A DNA stretch of 62,179 nt, filler included, from Choristocarpus tenellus KU-1152 (taxonomy: Eukaryota > Protista > Phaeophyceae): the NCBI GenBank assembly GCA_964200185.2. It is 12 parts of 12 records of this genome, joined end to end, with 100 filler letters (N's around TTAATTAATTAA, not from the genome) between each part and the next. Parts side by side here need not be neighbours in the genome. Positions count along the whole stretch, not along the records: positions 24,651 to 28,907 come from CAXNAD020015448.1; positions 29,008 to 32,502 come from CAXNAD020019638.1; positions 32,603 to 36,347 come from CAXNAD020018185.1; positions 36,448 to 39,093 come from CAXNAD020025996.1; 8 more parts are not named here. One strand, 5' to 3'. The notes under the pieces are model-generated. The model was not told the DNA's origin, did no database searches, and worked only from the letters and a program-made list of their open reading frames with translations. The stretch's first letter is position 1. Each line of letters begins with the position of its first letter. Positions 24,844 to 37,178 of this stretch are shown one piece after another. The position numbers were made by a program, and so were the translations under genes.

Positions 24844-26120
24844 TCACATCAAACTGTGGTGCGACAGTCCTGGAAGTACATCAAATCAGTTCAGGTTGGT
24901 CCAGATCAAACCAGGCAGAGAGATCTATAGAGTCAGAAAATAACTTTATCAAGGAGCATTAAGGGTTCACAGGGCCTCACACATGTCAAGCAACCCCCTC
25001 TCCAACTAACGGTGGAGGAGGTTCGTGTGTACATGGAGAAGGCGAGGAAGGAGGAAGATAGGAAGAGGCACGGAGCAAGGCGAACGGAACAGATCAATAG
25101 ACGGGCTACAAGAGAGGAGAACCAGAAGAAGGAAGAGAGATTTAGTGAAGAGGTTCGATGGGCAGAGAAAGAAGAGAGGAAAAACAGGGAGCGAGCAAAC
25201 TTGGCAGAGATGAACGATGTGCCAAAGAAGGAGGTTATGGGTATGGGCGAACCCAGACAGCCAGAAGAGGAGGAGAAGGGCTGGTAAGAGAAGGGCTATA
25301 TGTAGGGTGTTATGCTATATCTTGGGAAGACAGACTCTGTGTTCATTGCACGAATGGACACCCTGGGCTAGACCCCCCCTTACCGCAATATTGGTGTGTC
25401 TCACAACACTCTGAATTACTACTGGGATCACACTACAGGCCTACAAAAAGTATAATAATATCGCTAAAAAATATACCGTAAGTCTCTCCACTGTTCTCAC
25501 AATATTAAAAAATAAAATTCCACAGTACACATCCCCTCCCTCTTCACTGATATCCACCAAACACTAAGTACTGCTGAGAACGTATTAACAGACGAGCAGG
25601 GAAAGAGGGACCACGAAATTCCAAAGGTACGGCAACACTTCCTCTTACTTCCAAAGAGGTGATTCCATCAAACATGTGCAAAGTTCAAAGTCAAAGAGGG
25701 GCTAAATTTCAGGTCTAGAAGTTGTCGAGAAAAAACATTATGGTTGGTATCATTTCCACCCTGAAATTACAATATCAACATACGATAAAAACGAGTGCCA
25801 TTCATATCATCACATTCAGCAGGACCACGGGGAGGGATGGGGGGTGATAGGCAGGGAGTTAGTGCAAATAGTAAAAGTGGAAAAATACAGTAAAATACGT
25901 CGGCTGAGGTGTTCCTATGTTACAATCTTCTTAGTAACAACAAGTCAGATATTATCAGGCGTAAGCCCCAAGCAAAGACCGATACACTGTTAACAGCGAA
26001 TCGTAACGCAGGACAGGGTCGCCCACTAACCACAAAGAGCCATCCCAACAACATACCGATACAGGTAGCACAACATGCAAGTACTGCACTACAACCGATG
26101 TGAGTGCTGGTAGAGATGCA

Positions 26121-26379
26121 GAGTCAAAGTATCTTAGAGGGTAGAGTCACGTTCATTTGGGGCCAAAATCCAATGTTGTGATTTTGATGTAATTTTGGCT
26201 ATCGTGTTTGTAAGGAAGTGTCAATATCCATGTTCTGGACACAACTTTTCATAATGTATATATTTCACTTACTCCGAAACATTTTGGAGTAGGTAAATGT
26301 CATAAAAAATAACCATGGAAAGCCAAGTCCTAAATGGACAAACAGGGAAAAAGTCATACCCTCTAAGATACTTTCACTC
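26121..26379 (+). mobile_element. MITE family A
   Basis: 23-bp TIR with one mismatch: GAGTCAAAGTATCTTAGAGGGTA / TACCCTCTAAGATACTTTCACTC. Confidence 0.88.
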
Positions 26380-28280
26380 ACAATTTTGATATAATTGCAT
26401 ACCATAGTGCCTTACTTCCCCCTCCCAACGAAAATATTCTGCCACACAAAAAGAGTGCCTTGCAGTTATTCTGGCAATCCAACATTGGAGACCATATATT
26501 TGGGGTAAACATTCACAATTATCACTGATCATTCAGCCCTACGGTGGCTGCATACGATGCAAGATATGTCAAATCTGTTAACTCGATGGACCTTAGCTTT
26601 GCAAATCTTGATTTTACCGTCCTTCATAAGCCTGGCAGATAACATTACCTCCCAAATATGTCGTCACGTCCTCAACTGGAAGAATTTTGTAAACATGAAT
26701 CTGAACCGGCACCCCTAAGTCCTATATGTCGAAATTTGGGTACAAAAACCCCTGATGCAAGTTCTCAAGCAAGTCAGGTATACCCTGCCTATGAATTGTC
26801 TTTGGATCGTCTAGGTGAAATTAATATTTTGGCAAATGACTCTGAGCTCTTTCCAAGCTCCATCAATGTGTTTCCTGTAATTGATACGGAAGTTCTAGCC
26901 AAGGCCCAACATGAGCAGTATGAAGCTTATTTTCAATACCTGGCAGACCCCAACAATACAGCATTACCCAGTAAGGAAACGGTCTACACCATGTCATATT
27001 TTTTCACTCAAGAACGAGAAAATAGACTCTTACTCTACCGGTCGTATCAACCTGGTCACCTTCGACAAACGGAGAATTTCGAGACCAGTTAATAGCCTCA
27101 ACAGAGGTTCAGGGTTTAATTTTACACGCCCTACATGACAATAGAGTTGCCAGCCATCTTGCTTTCAAGCATACCTTTGACCGAGTTCGTGATAGATTTT
27201 GGTGGCCAACCTTACGTAAAGACGTGAGGGAGTGGTGTGAATCTTGCCAGTCCTGTCAGAGGCGTAAGACCTCACACACTCTAACCCCATTACCAACAGG
27301 ACATATGCCTGTCACACGCCCATTTAAACGACTTGCTGTTGACCTAGTTAAACATGTGAACGTATTCACTCCACAATGCATGGTATGCTGGCCAGGTATT
27401 CAAATATGGACCAATCTGACTGGGCCTCAATATTGCCCGTTGTCCAGCTAGCACATAATACAGCCTATAATTCCGCTGTTCAAGAAACGCAATTTTTTCT
27501 CATGTTTGGGAGGCGCCCAATTTTACCAATTGATCTTATTTTGGGGGTCCCTGAGGCCACCCTCATAACTGCACAAGAATACAGTATGAAAACAGTGAAG
27601 AATTTACAGCTAGCCTATGAATTAGCCCAGCGTAATATTGGTGAGATGACTTTAAGAAACGAATCAAAGAACGTGAACCATAAACTCCCACTATACGAAC
27701 CCGGTGATAAAGTGTGGCTTCACAAACCACATACGTCAGCTGATGCACCAAACCTCAATTTGTTGTCCCCATGGAGAGGACCTTATGAAGTAAAGGCACG
27801 TATAACACCTGTTGTATATCGCGTAAAACGTTTGGAAGATCGACAGGAAGTGACAGTTCATCTGGCCAAATGTAAACCTTATGAGGAAGGTAGAGCTACA
27901 GAGCCAGATATAGATGCCCTTAATTCACTCTTTTTAGGCCGGATTTTACCTGAACCGGACCTTGATCAGGGGTCAAAGACACAGCCAACTATTGGATCTT
28001 ATAATTTAGAGGGCATTATTGATCATAATGTGGGGTAGGAAGAAAAAACACCCATAACTATTTGTACCGGCTTCGCCTTCAGGGGTATTCACTGACCAGT
28101 GATGTATGGTGCACACCCGCTGAAATGCCTGAATGTGCAGAGGTGATCGCAGCCTATAGGGATGAGAACAAGTTGGACCTCCCTAATGTAAGAGCCATTG
28201 ACCAAGCGACTTGTTATAATCAAAAGACACCTGCCACCATAACAGCCGAAGAATGTGTATTACCACCAACCTAACGCCCA
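26380..28280 (+). mobile_element. Decayed Ty3/Gypsy LTR retrotransposon (RNase H, integrase, chromodomain; chromovirus-like)
   Basis: RNase H: SQRKYSATQKECLAVILAIQHWRPYIWGK..ITDHSALRWL. Integrase Zn finger: H..ASHL..RFWWPTLRKDVREWCESCQSCQ. Core end: DWASILPVVQLAHNTA..FFLMFGR. GPY motif: LLSPWRGPYEV. Chromo-like: YNLEGIIDH..YRLRLQGYSLTSDVW. Multiple stops and frameshifts. Confidence 0.92.
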
Positions 28281-31200
28281 CCTAATAGCAACCAAGCCTC
28301 CTCAAATATTTGTGACGACCCTCCTTGTGGACCGGAAAGTGCGATGAACGCCTCTATACTAGTGGGTTGCCGGCCTGGTGAGTTGCCACCAGATTCCACA
28401 GATAGGGAAGATAGTCCTTTGTTACTACCAAGATGGCGGAAGCGATGCCGATAGACTCTCGAAGACCATACCATGGCTCAGTCCGGGTGGTATTTTCAGA
28501 ACTGATCTAGTTAGTGACTTGAGTCTCGCGAAATAGAAAGACTGCTATCATCCGGAAACAAAAACAGGTTGGACCTATCTGTGAGAAGCATGCATACGTT
28601 TCAAAATATTATTTACCTCGGGTATAATATTTTACTTCATTATTTGTAAACAAACTGTGCACATATATATATATATATATAAAATAACAGTTCAACCTAC
28701 TGGTTGTCCAAGCACATTGGAGGCAAGTTGTTGAAGAGGAGGTGATAGTAAGGGATAGTGAGTCTTTCAACCATCCTTAACACTATTCCCACAACACTCC
28801 CCAATAGATGACTTGATGTACCAAAGCTGTGGTGATACTGAGCTTCATCCACTCAGACCGTGGGAGTCACGTAGGAGACAGGCTGGTCCATGCCATTTTT
28901 CTCACTGNNNNNNNNNNNNNNNNNNNNNNNNNNNNNNNNNNNNNNNNNNNNTTAATTAATTAANNNNNNNNNNNNNNNNNNNNNNNNNNNNNNNNNNNNN
29001 NNNNNNNGAGGGCGGCAGGGGGGCCAGGGGGGGGGGGAGGGTGAGGGGCCGTTGATGTTGAAAAGCAGAAGAGGAGGCTGGTCCTATCATCCTATTGTTA
29101 CTATCATACGATGGTGTACATTTTTATTGTTATTGTTATTATTGTTTTTCTTCTGATGGCTTTCCGAAGTGGTTGCAGTTATGATCGCTCCAGAGCGATA
29201 GGGGACTGCCCTGTAGCGTGGTGAACCGTTTCAACCTGCTCATCTGGGAAAGGAGCTTGGGAGCGACTTGGAGCTTATGTTGCATGTCGAAACTAGGCAG
29301 TAGCAGGGGGAGTCTGTCCGGTTGCCCAGGGTTTGGAAGGGAAGATGTGTTGAGGAGGGTGTGTGTGTTGATGTGTTGCTGAGGTTATTGATAGGTGAAA
29401 GTTGATTGAGTAGGGGAGCAAGTGACTCCCCTCTGTGGTCCTCTGCATAACTGATCGGGTCTGTGTTGTCTCGGATGACCATTGGTGTCTTCAAGGGTAT
29501 TCGATCTCACTTTTTTTTGTTTTTTTTCTTATTTTGTTGTCAGCCCTGACCGCCTTCCATTTTGTTTTTTTTGTAGTTGACAGAATAGATTGGCTTTTGT
29601 TTGTAGGGAACTGAGCAGTCAGTCATGAATTAGAAATCTTGCTGTGGGGAATAGAGGTGGCCAGGGATTGTGTGAATACGTTGGAAAGGACCGAGTTAAT
29701 GTGCAACTACATTTGAGTGTAAATTTCATGCTGCTAGCTTTGTGGTTGACTGCCCTCTCCGAAGAATACCTCCATGGTTTCATGGAGGGCGGATACTCCA
29801 TTGCAGTGTGCTGTGAAGTTTATTCCAATCCTCCTTTTCGAAATATAAAATATACCTTGGGGTAGCATATTTCACAGTTATTGAAGGGTAGAGTTCCTGC
29901 TCTATTATGTAAGTAGCTATCCTATTTTTCCTGCTGTCGTTTTTCCTGCTGTTAGTAAGGGGCGATTCTTCTAATGTGTTGACACTGTTAGAGGGTTGTG
30001 TGCCATCATGAGATTACACCCGAGATTTCCGTTTCCAAGGGAGCAGTTGTGTAACAGGGGATTTTGCTTCCAGTCAGACATCCCACCATCGTCACACTAT
30101 TGATAGATGTTGGAATGCAGGGTAGTATGATGCATCCATTCATGGCATGTCAGCGCCCTTGTTCATGCTATATCTGTCCATGTTGCACTACCTGGCCTTT
30201 GACCACTCCCTTGTCAAGAGTGAGGTTAACTGTCTTAACGGCAACCGTGTAGTCCAAGGTGCTCCCGAAGCAGATATTATGTGTTGAACATGAACTTGCT
30301 TGCAATGCTCTTGTTCTGACTGCTCAAGCGGCAATGCTTATCATGCTTAGTGGCATCAGGAGCGCCTTGACCCACTTTGTGATATTTTGTGATGTCGTAT
30401 AGCGCAATTTACACAATGGAGTCATTCGCATTGTGCACACTACACATGTTGGTCCTATTCTGGCAACAGGAAGGTGTAGGCATTGAAGGATCGATTGGGT
30501 TACCTCGATTCTTTGGCTCAGGAAGCAGTGATTGTCTTGCTTGCATTGAGGGTTTCCTTTAGACTAAATACCTGCCTTGCAAGCTTTTTCCTGTCTTCAC
30601 CTGGGGAAGGCCTGCAAGGATGACCGCAAAAGTGCACCCTCCTGATGTGCCTGTTTTCATCCTCTATGCGTTCTATCTATCCTTTCTGGTGATGTCATTA
30701 GCAAACAGACGAAACCCAGGTGAAACCAGTTTATTTCATACGTGGAGTGTGCTGTTTCAACGTGTACCTATCTCTCCCTGTTTGCTCACTTATGCTTCCC
30801 TCCCTAGGTCAGCGCTCAAGTGGAATAGTTCTTTTGTCATATGCCGTGAAATGCTGACTCTGAATTGGAGCCTCACCCGCCCACCCAGGGGCAGCCCCCA
30901 TCCCAGCTCTCTCCTTATTTTTCGTATCATGGTCAAGGAGGATTCACTTTGCCTGAAATGGTTCATGTTTTTCTTCCTTCGGCATGGCATGCCCACACAT
31001 CACAGAGTTAATTCTTCCTCGTATGGTTTGCTCATTGAACTCACCCGCCCTGACCTCCATGTAGGATGCTGCTAGCTGTTATTGGCTACAGGGTCAGCCA
31101 CAGTGTCCCAAGGTACGTACTACATGCCTCCCAACCTACTTGTTCCATGCGGATATTTTATTGTTGAGGTGAGTGGTATCCACTTTTAACTATTCTAAGC

Positions 31201-31554
31201 GCCAGGGTTGCAGATAATTGTTGTGTAGTCGGGAGTGGTAAGCAACGATAAATACAACCCAATGGCAGGATACCTTTCATTGTTGTTGGTGAAACGGTGG
31301 GTAAGACTGAGATTATTATAGAAGGCACATACATTTTAGCATGTGGTACATTTGGACTTTTCTCACTAATGATAACGCCTTCTGAACGTTATCAACACGT
31401 ACTAACTGCAAGCAAACACCTTTTGATAGTAAGTGGTGGTGCTTGTTCCAGTGGCAATCTCCACAAATTTGTCCTGGTAACTATTATAAAACATGAAAGA
31501 GTATGTCCAGTGTCAACACTGACTTTTTATCTGGTTGATGTTTACATACATCCA

Positions 31555-31810
31555 GAGCCAAAGTATCTTAGAGGGTAGAGCCATGTCCATTTGGGGACCA
31601 TAATCCAATTTGCCATTTCGATGTAATTTTGGCTATTGTGTTTGTTAGGACGTGTCAAAATCCTTGTTCCGGACACACCTTTCATAATATACACATTTTA
31701 CCTGCTACGAAATATTTGGGAATAGGAAAATATAATGAAAAACACCATTGGAAGCCAAGCCCCAAAAGGACAAACAGGGCAAAACTCGTACCCTCTAAGA
31801 TACTTCACTC
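31555..31810 (+). mobile_element. MITE family A
   Basis: GAGCCAAAGTATCTTAGAGGGTA...TACCCTCTAAGATACTTCACTC; 4-bp duplication TCCA. Confidence 0.88.
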
Positions 31811-32479
31811 TCCACACACAATGGAATAACTGCACCTACCTCAAGGTTTGTCTGGTTGCTGGGGCTGTATGACCCAACAAACAAAGAAGCCCACGATTGA
31901 TCTACCTACCTACCATCTTCTTTGGTGGTAACCTCCTATTTCAAGGACTTTGGGACTATTGGTCTGTTTCTTATTCTAAGCATAGTTGGCTGACTGCTCA
32001 GCGGAAAGTCCTGCTTGTATATATATTTATAACAGTATGTTCGTGAGATCAGGAACGGATTATGAGATAAGGAATCAGAAATATTTCGAAACCATCCTGC
32101 AGGCCGCCGATCAATTTCAGTGTGAAAGCTTTCAAATGGCCAGATTCTTGAAGTCGTCGGTTTTGAGTGAAAGCTTGGGAACACAAGAGGGAGAGCTCAT
32201 CGATATTTTTGTGAAAATGCTTTCAAATCGCCAAAATTTGTTAGCTGTTACTTGTGGAGTGAGAGCTTGCAATCAGCGAAAGAAAAAGGTGATAACCGAT
32301 ATTTTTGTTAATAAAGCGTTCAGACGACCAACTGACGATGGGAAGTCGGTAGTAGTAGTGGTTTGAAAGCTTGCGGTGAGCATCCATATTTCACAATCGA
32401 GTGGCAGTAGTTCCTTGCATGAAGTATAAACGACGAATGAAACCACGTTCCATGTAGTATGTAAAATATTCTGAGTGTT

Positions 32480-32502
32480 GACCCAAAGTATCTGGGAGGG
32501 GG
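32480..32502 (+). mobile_element. MITE family B terminus at contig end
   Basis: GACCCAAAGTATCTGGGAGGGGG is identical to the start of the 24664 copy. Confidence 0.65.
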
Positions 32503-32602
32503 NNNNNNNNNNNNNNNNNNNNNNNNNNNNNNNNNNNNNNNNNNNNTTAATTAATTAANNNNNNNNNNNNNNNNNNNNNNNNNNNNNNNNNNNNNNNNNN
32601 NN

Positions 32603-32869
32603 GTGGTCCCTTATGTGGTCCCTTTTGCTATCCATTGCGTGGTCCCTTATGTGGGTCCCTTATGTGGTCCCTTATGCGGTCCCTTATGTAGGTCCCTTAT
32701 GCAGTCCCTTATACGATCCCTTATGCAGTCCCTTGTGTGGTCCCTTGTGTGGTCCCTATTGCGGTCTCTTATGCGATCCGTTATATGGTCCCGTATGCAA
32801 TCCCTTGTGTGGTCCCTTATGTGGGTCCCTTATGTGGTCCCTTATGCAGTCCCTTTTGCAGTTCCCTTA
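32603..32869. repeat. 12-bp minisatellite (GYGGTCCCTTAT)n
   Basis: About 22 degenerate units starting at the contig edge. Confidence 0.92.
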
Positions 32870-33452
32870 CAATAGTGAGCTTGTGTCAAGGCACACTCAT
32901 GGTTCTTTATAATGGTGTTACTCTCAAGGATCTTGAACAGCGTGGTACTATTGTAGTCTGGTACTATTGTAGTCTGGTACTCTACAAGTACAGTATACTA
33001 TTTTAGCACTTGTGTATTTTATTGATCTGTAATTCCTCATACTATAGGGTTGACACAGACTTTCAACTTGTAATGCACACCCAGAACACCTGCCTGCTGC
33101 TGTTCATCTAACCCTAACCCTAACCTCAGAATAGACCACACAATATTGACTACCAATGAGAAAGAACCTCAACTGTACCAAGCCAAAGGCCTAACTCATT
33201 TGCAACTCTATTCCTGCCATGAACTCCACAGCCCTTTGAGCGCTGACTCAACTGTTTTTGTCACGGTACTACCCCTTCCACCACCCTCCCACAACCCGTT
33301 GTGCCCCTTGTCCAAGTTCACTCTCCGATCTCTTCCCCTCCCCTACTTCCTCGCCTTCCTCACTGCTATGAACTCTGGACCTTCACACCCCCACACTACA
33401 GTGACACACCATCTTACCCCCCTCCCCTCCACCACCCCTCGTACTCCCGAAG

Positions 33453-35504
33453 ATTGTCAGGGCAGCAGTAGTAGATTTAGAGCTGACTGGGACCAGCGAG
33501 ACGGCCCGCGCAGAGTTTGAAAGGGCAATGAACCTCTTCTGCTCCCCCCCTGTCCCTGCCATGGCCCCAGTAGCCACCAGCTCTGGCGTTGAAAATCCCA
33601 GTCTAGCGGCGGCACAAACACGCTTACAGTCCGCTGCCCCAGGGGACAAGAGTGGGGCGCTTGCTGGGGGCAATAGCTTGATGTTGCCGAGGTCGAGGCT
33701 TCCGTTGTCTCAGTCTGTCCCTAAGACGGGTCAATTGAATTTGAAAGGACCAGGGCCAGTGTCTGTTGCCTCAGGATCAATGCCCACAACAGAGGTTAAC
33801 TCACACACTTCGGTGCATTGGAAGGTCTTAGCACCACCTCTACAATTTCCAGGGAGCTCATCTCTTGCCCCTTACTTGCCTGCTCCTTCCACAGCTACTG
33901 CAAATGCTCTAGAGCCCCGGTTTCTATCGTCTCCTGCCACAGAGCGCTCGTTGCCTTCCCCAGCCCGTGCAGAGGGTCTTTCAGCACTGGCAAAGCTCCT
34001 GGGTGCTCTGGAGTCGCGCTTCTTCACTCGGAACTCCTCTACCAGCCAGTCTGGAGCTGGAGGAGGAAGAGGTTTGAGTGCACAGGTAGACAAAGGTACT
34101 ACTACAATGTCAGCAGAGGTGGCGGTTGGTGGTGATGGGGGTGGGATGTCAGCATCAGTAGGTAAAGCAGCAGTTGCTCCGTCAGTGAGACTTGGGTATG
34201 TATCAGGGGGGAGGGGGGTTGCAGCATCCAGTGGGTCAGACTTGAAGGGGCGCAATTTAGAGGGTGTAAGGTTTGAGGGGACAGAGGGGCACTCGTGGAC
34301 GATCTCCCTTTGCCCCCTTCGAGCAGAAGAAATTCTGGTGGATTTGCTGGATAGGGAGAAGGTGAACTTACCACAGCTGAACAGAGATAACGCCCGTGCT
34401 GACGAGACAAGGCTTGCCAGCATGGAATCACCAGGGGCAACCGGGGCGACAGCTTTGCCTGGACAGGTCCGGGCGAGAGGAATGACCCTTACGCACTCGC
34501 CGCGAGAAAGCCTATCTCCTACAAAGTCAACATCAGCGGGAAACTCTGCACCAGGACGCGTGGTATCAACTGCCCCAACTGGTGCCATGGGCTTGTTCTC
34601 TCCTCTGCCCCACGCATTTACAGGGCCTTCGTCCTCCCATGCAAGGGGAGAGCCAACGCCTCCACTGTCTCGGTCTGTGGGGATTGCAGCCTGCCACCAG
34701 ATTCAGTCCTCTGCCTCTGTGTCCCTTCCGGGTGGTGGTATGCAGCCTCCTAAGAACCGATGCCAGGCGTCGGCAAGAGGGGACCCGCCACGGGAATTCG
34801 AGGAGCAGGAGTTGATGGACTTGGGCAAGAACGCATCCATCTTCGCCATGATTGTCAGGGGCGCAGTGCTGACGGGTCGCCATGAGTTGGCTCTCCTGGT
34901 CGCCTCCGGGCTGGTTGAGATTGCCGTCGACAGCCTCTCCAAGGTGTGCTCGTCATCCTCCCTGGCATCCCCTTCGCCCTCACGCCCTGTGACTTCTTCG
35001 ACAGTCTCCACTGGTGGTGGAACTAGTGCTGATGTTGCTGCTGCCAATGTTTCGCTGCACTCGGGCTCGAGAAGACAAACGCCATCCAGACCTGGGAAAT
35101 GTGGGACTGGGGGCTTGCGGCATGGTAGTGCCCTTGAAGTTGCCCTCAAGGGTTTGGGTGCCCGAGGTGTTGGGCCTGAAAAAGATTCTGACTCTGGGGC
35201 GGTGGCCTTGGCCACGGCCACGGCCACGGCGATTGGAACGGCAGCTTCTGCTGTCATTGAGTTTCTGGCTCAGGTGTTGACCAGGATATTGGAGGTCATG
35301 CCCCTGTCCAAGAGGGTTTCCCTTTTATGTATGGGCGTTGGTAGGGAGGACTCCAGTAGGGTTAGGGATAGGGATGGCGAGGGGAGGGACGGGGGAGGGA
35401 GTGGGGCTGTAAAGAATGGACTAAGAGTAGGCCCTAGGGGATTGACTGTGATCCGGTGTTGTGTGAAGCTGCTGCGGCATTCGATGGATGTGGACAGCAT
35501 CAGG
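33453..35504 (+). CDS. ~2-kb internal exon of a large unknown protein (helical segments separated by low-complexity linkers)
   Basis: Acceptor ..CTCCCGAAG at 33452 and donor GTGAGC at 35505 enclose 684 uninterrupted codons in frame with ORF 33528-35606, GC-rich. Family not recognised. Confidence 0.75.
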
Positions 35505-36447
35505 GTGAGCAGCAAATCAATTTTATCCCTCAGATGGGCTTCAACGTGTAGGACTTTGCTTTATCCCTCAGATGAGCATAAGAGAGATTGTATCGTAATT
35601 CCCTAATGAATGTGGGAGTTGAGCCAATATTGAGGGGGTGCGATGGCTATAATATTTTAGTACAAAGAGTAGCACTTTTATTCCAATGGACTATTAATTT
35701 AGTCCATATTGCACATTGAGTAAATATGGTACACTTGGGTTGCAGCACCCCCAACCTCTCGAAGTTTTTTGTGGTTACCCTCTTGCTATTGATACTGGAT
35801 AAACATGCTGAGCTCATGCTATTATTTCAGCAAAACACATGCTACCTACGATAGTAGAACCATTTTTAAAAAATTGTCAGTACAAAGCAGCAGCTATCCC
35901 CTTCTAACCGTAAGGATCGGCACCAACTTAAGGGAACTGACAATGTGTAAGTCATGCATTCAAATCAGATGCCTCTCTCCCCTCATCAATAACTCCGTTG
36001 TTGTTTGTTGATGTGCAGGGGTGGGGGGTGGGGGGAGGGTGGGGGAATGGGTTGTTAAGTCTGTCGCCTGTCAAGATATAGATATATTTGTTCGTTGTTG
36101 TCCTTTCAGGATCCCTTGTTTTCGAGGGGGGGCAAGGGGGGCTACTTTCAAGCCGTCCTTTAGCTTGCTGTTTTTCATCGTTTGCCACAATCCTAACCCT
36201 TAAACCAACCCTAACCCTACAAGTCGTAACTTACTCCCACAATATCCCTAACGCCACTGCACTAATAGTATCATCCCACTATACCCTATCTCTAACCCTA
36301 CCCCTAGCTACGCACAACCCACCCCTCACACCCACCCCCCCCCCCACNNNNNNNNNNNNNNNNNNNNNNNNNNNNNNNNNNNNNNNNNNNNTTAATTAAT
36401 TAANNNNNNNNNNNNNNNNNNNNNNNNNNNNNNNNNNNNNNNNNNNN

Positions 36448-36512
36448 ATGGGAAGCCAAGCCCCAAATGGACAAACAGGGCAAAATTCGTACCCTCTAAG
36501 ATACTTTCACTC
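36448..36512 (+). mobile_element. MITE family A 3' end (contig start)
   Basis: CCCCAAATGGACAAACAGGGCAAAATTCGTACCCTCTAAGATACTTTCACTC. Confidence 0.8.
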
Positions 36513-37178
36513 AACGATAGCATATCAATCGAACAGAGCAAACGATATGGTTGACGTGGTGAACGCGTCTAATGGAGGCGGATTGCGAGGCGAAATAGTT
36601 TGAAAGAATATGACAATGACAAATAGGGTCGGGGCAGGGGCAAGGGAAAGGGTAAGGGTAACGCAAGGAGTGCGGGCGGGTCACCCAGCAGGCAAAGCCT
36701 TTTACATCCCCCCTCACGCAGCGAAACGGCGGACATGAAGAAGTGCATGTGGGTCTCGGCGTGGTTGCACATTATACATACATACAAGTCGTCTCTGCGT
36801 GTTCGGTTTCGCGTTGGTTTGCACATGGGTCTTGGCTGGTTGTACATCATGTGTATTGCTCGTCCTTTATGTGTTCGGTATGGCGTTTTTTTGGAGGTTT
36901 CCATGGGCCATGGAACTTACCTGTTTGGCGTCTCCCCTCCTTCCACGACATGTATCTGGTGGGTCTGGCGTTGTGGAGGGTATGGCTTAACATTTTGAGG
37001 ATGCCGGGGAAATATTGTCAGGACCTCACTTAATGATACGATTGCCTGCACTGTTGTTTATGATGCTGTCCTTCTTGTCGTGCTGTCTGTGTACTGTGTC
37101 ATGTGTCATAATGTCTAACCAGGGCTGAGAACACTGCACTACACGACCTTCACCCTCTCAACCCGACGCTACCCTTAG

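Noticed and set aside
25012-25287. Glu/Arg/Lys-rich 91-aa ORF
   Set aside because: Low-complexity purine-rich sequence without splice support or a recognisable domain; possibly retroelement gag debris.
29950-31120. Decayed coding-like sequence on the minus strand
   Set aside because: Many stops in all frames and no motif I could assign; probably old TE debris.
31986-32366. 126-aa ORF
   Set aside because: No recognisable motif; the region has recurring TGAAAGCT-like motifs more typical of a non-coding repeat.
32603-32869. CRISPR-like array or Cys-rich repeat protein
   Set aside because: Head-to-tail 12-bp units without unique spacers, in eukaryotic context with no cas genes.
33383-35515. 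Long minus-strand ORFs (238, 184, 112 aa, etc.)
   Set aside because: Antisense shadows of the GC-rich plus-strand exon.
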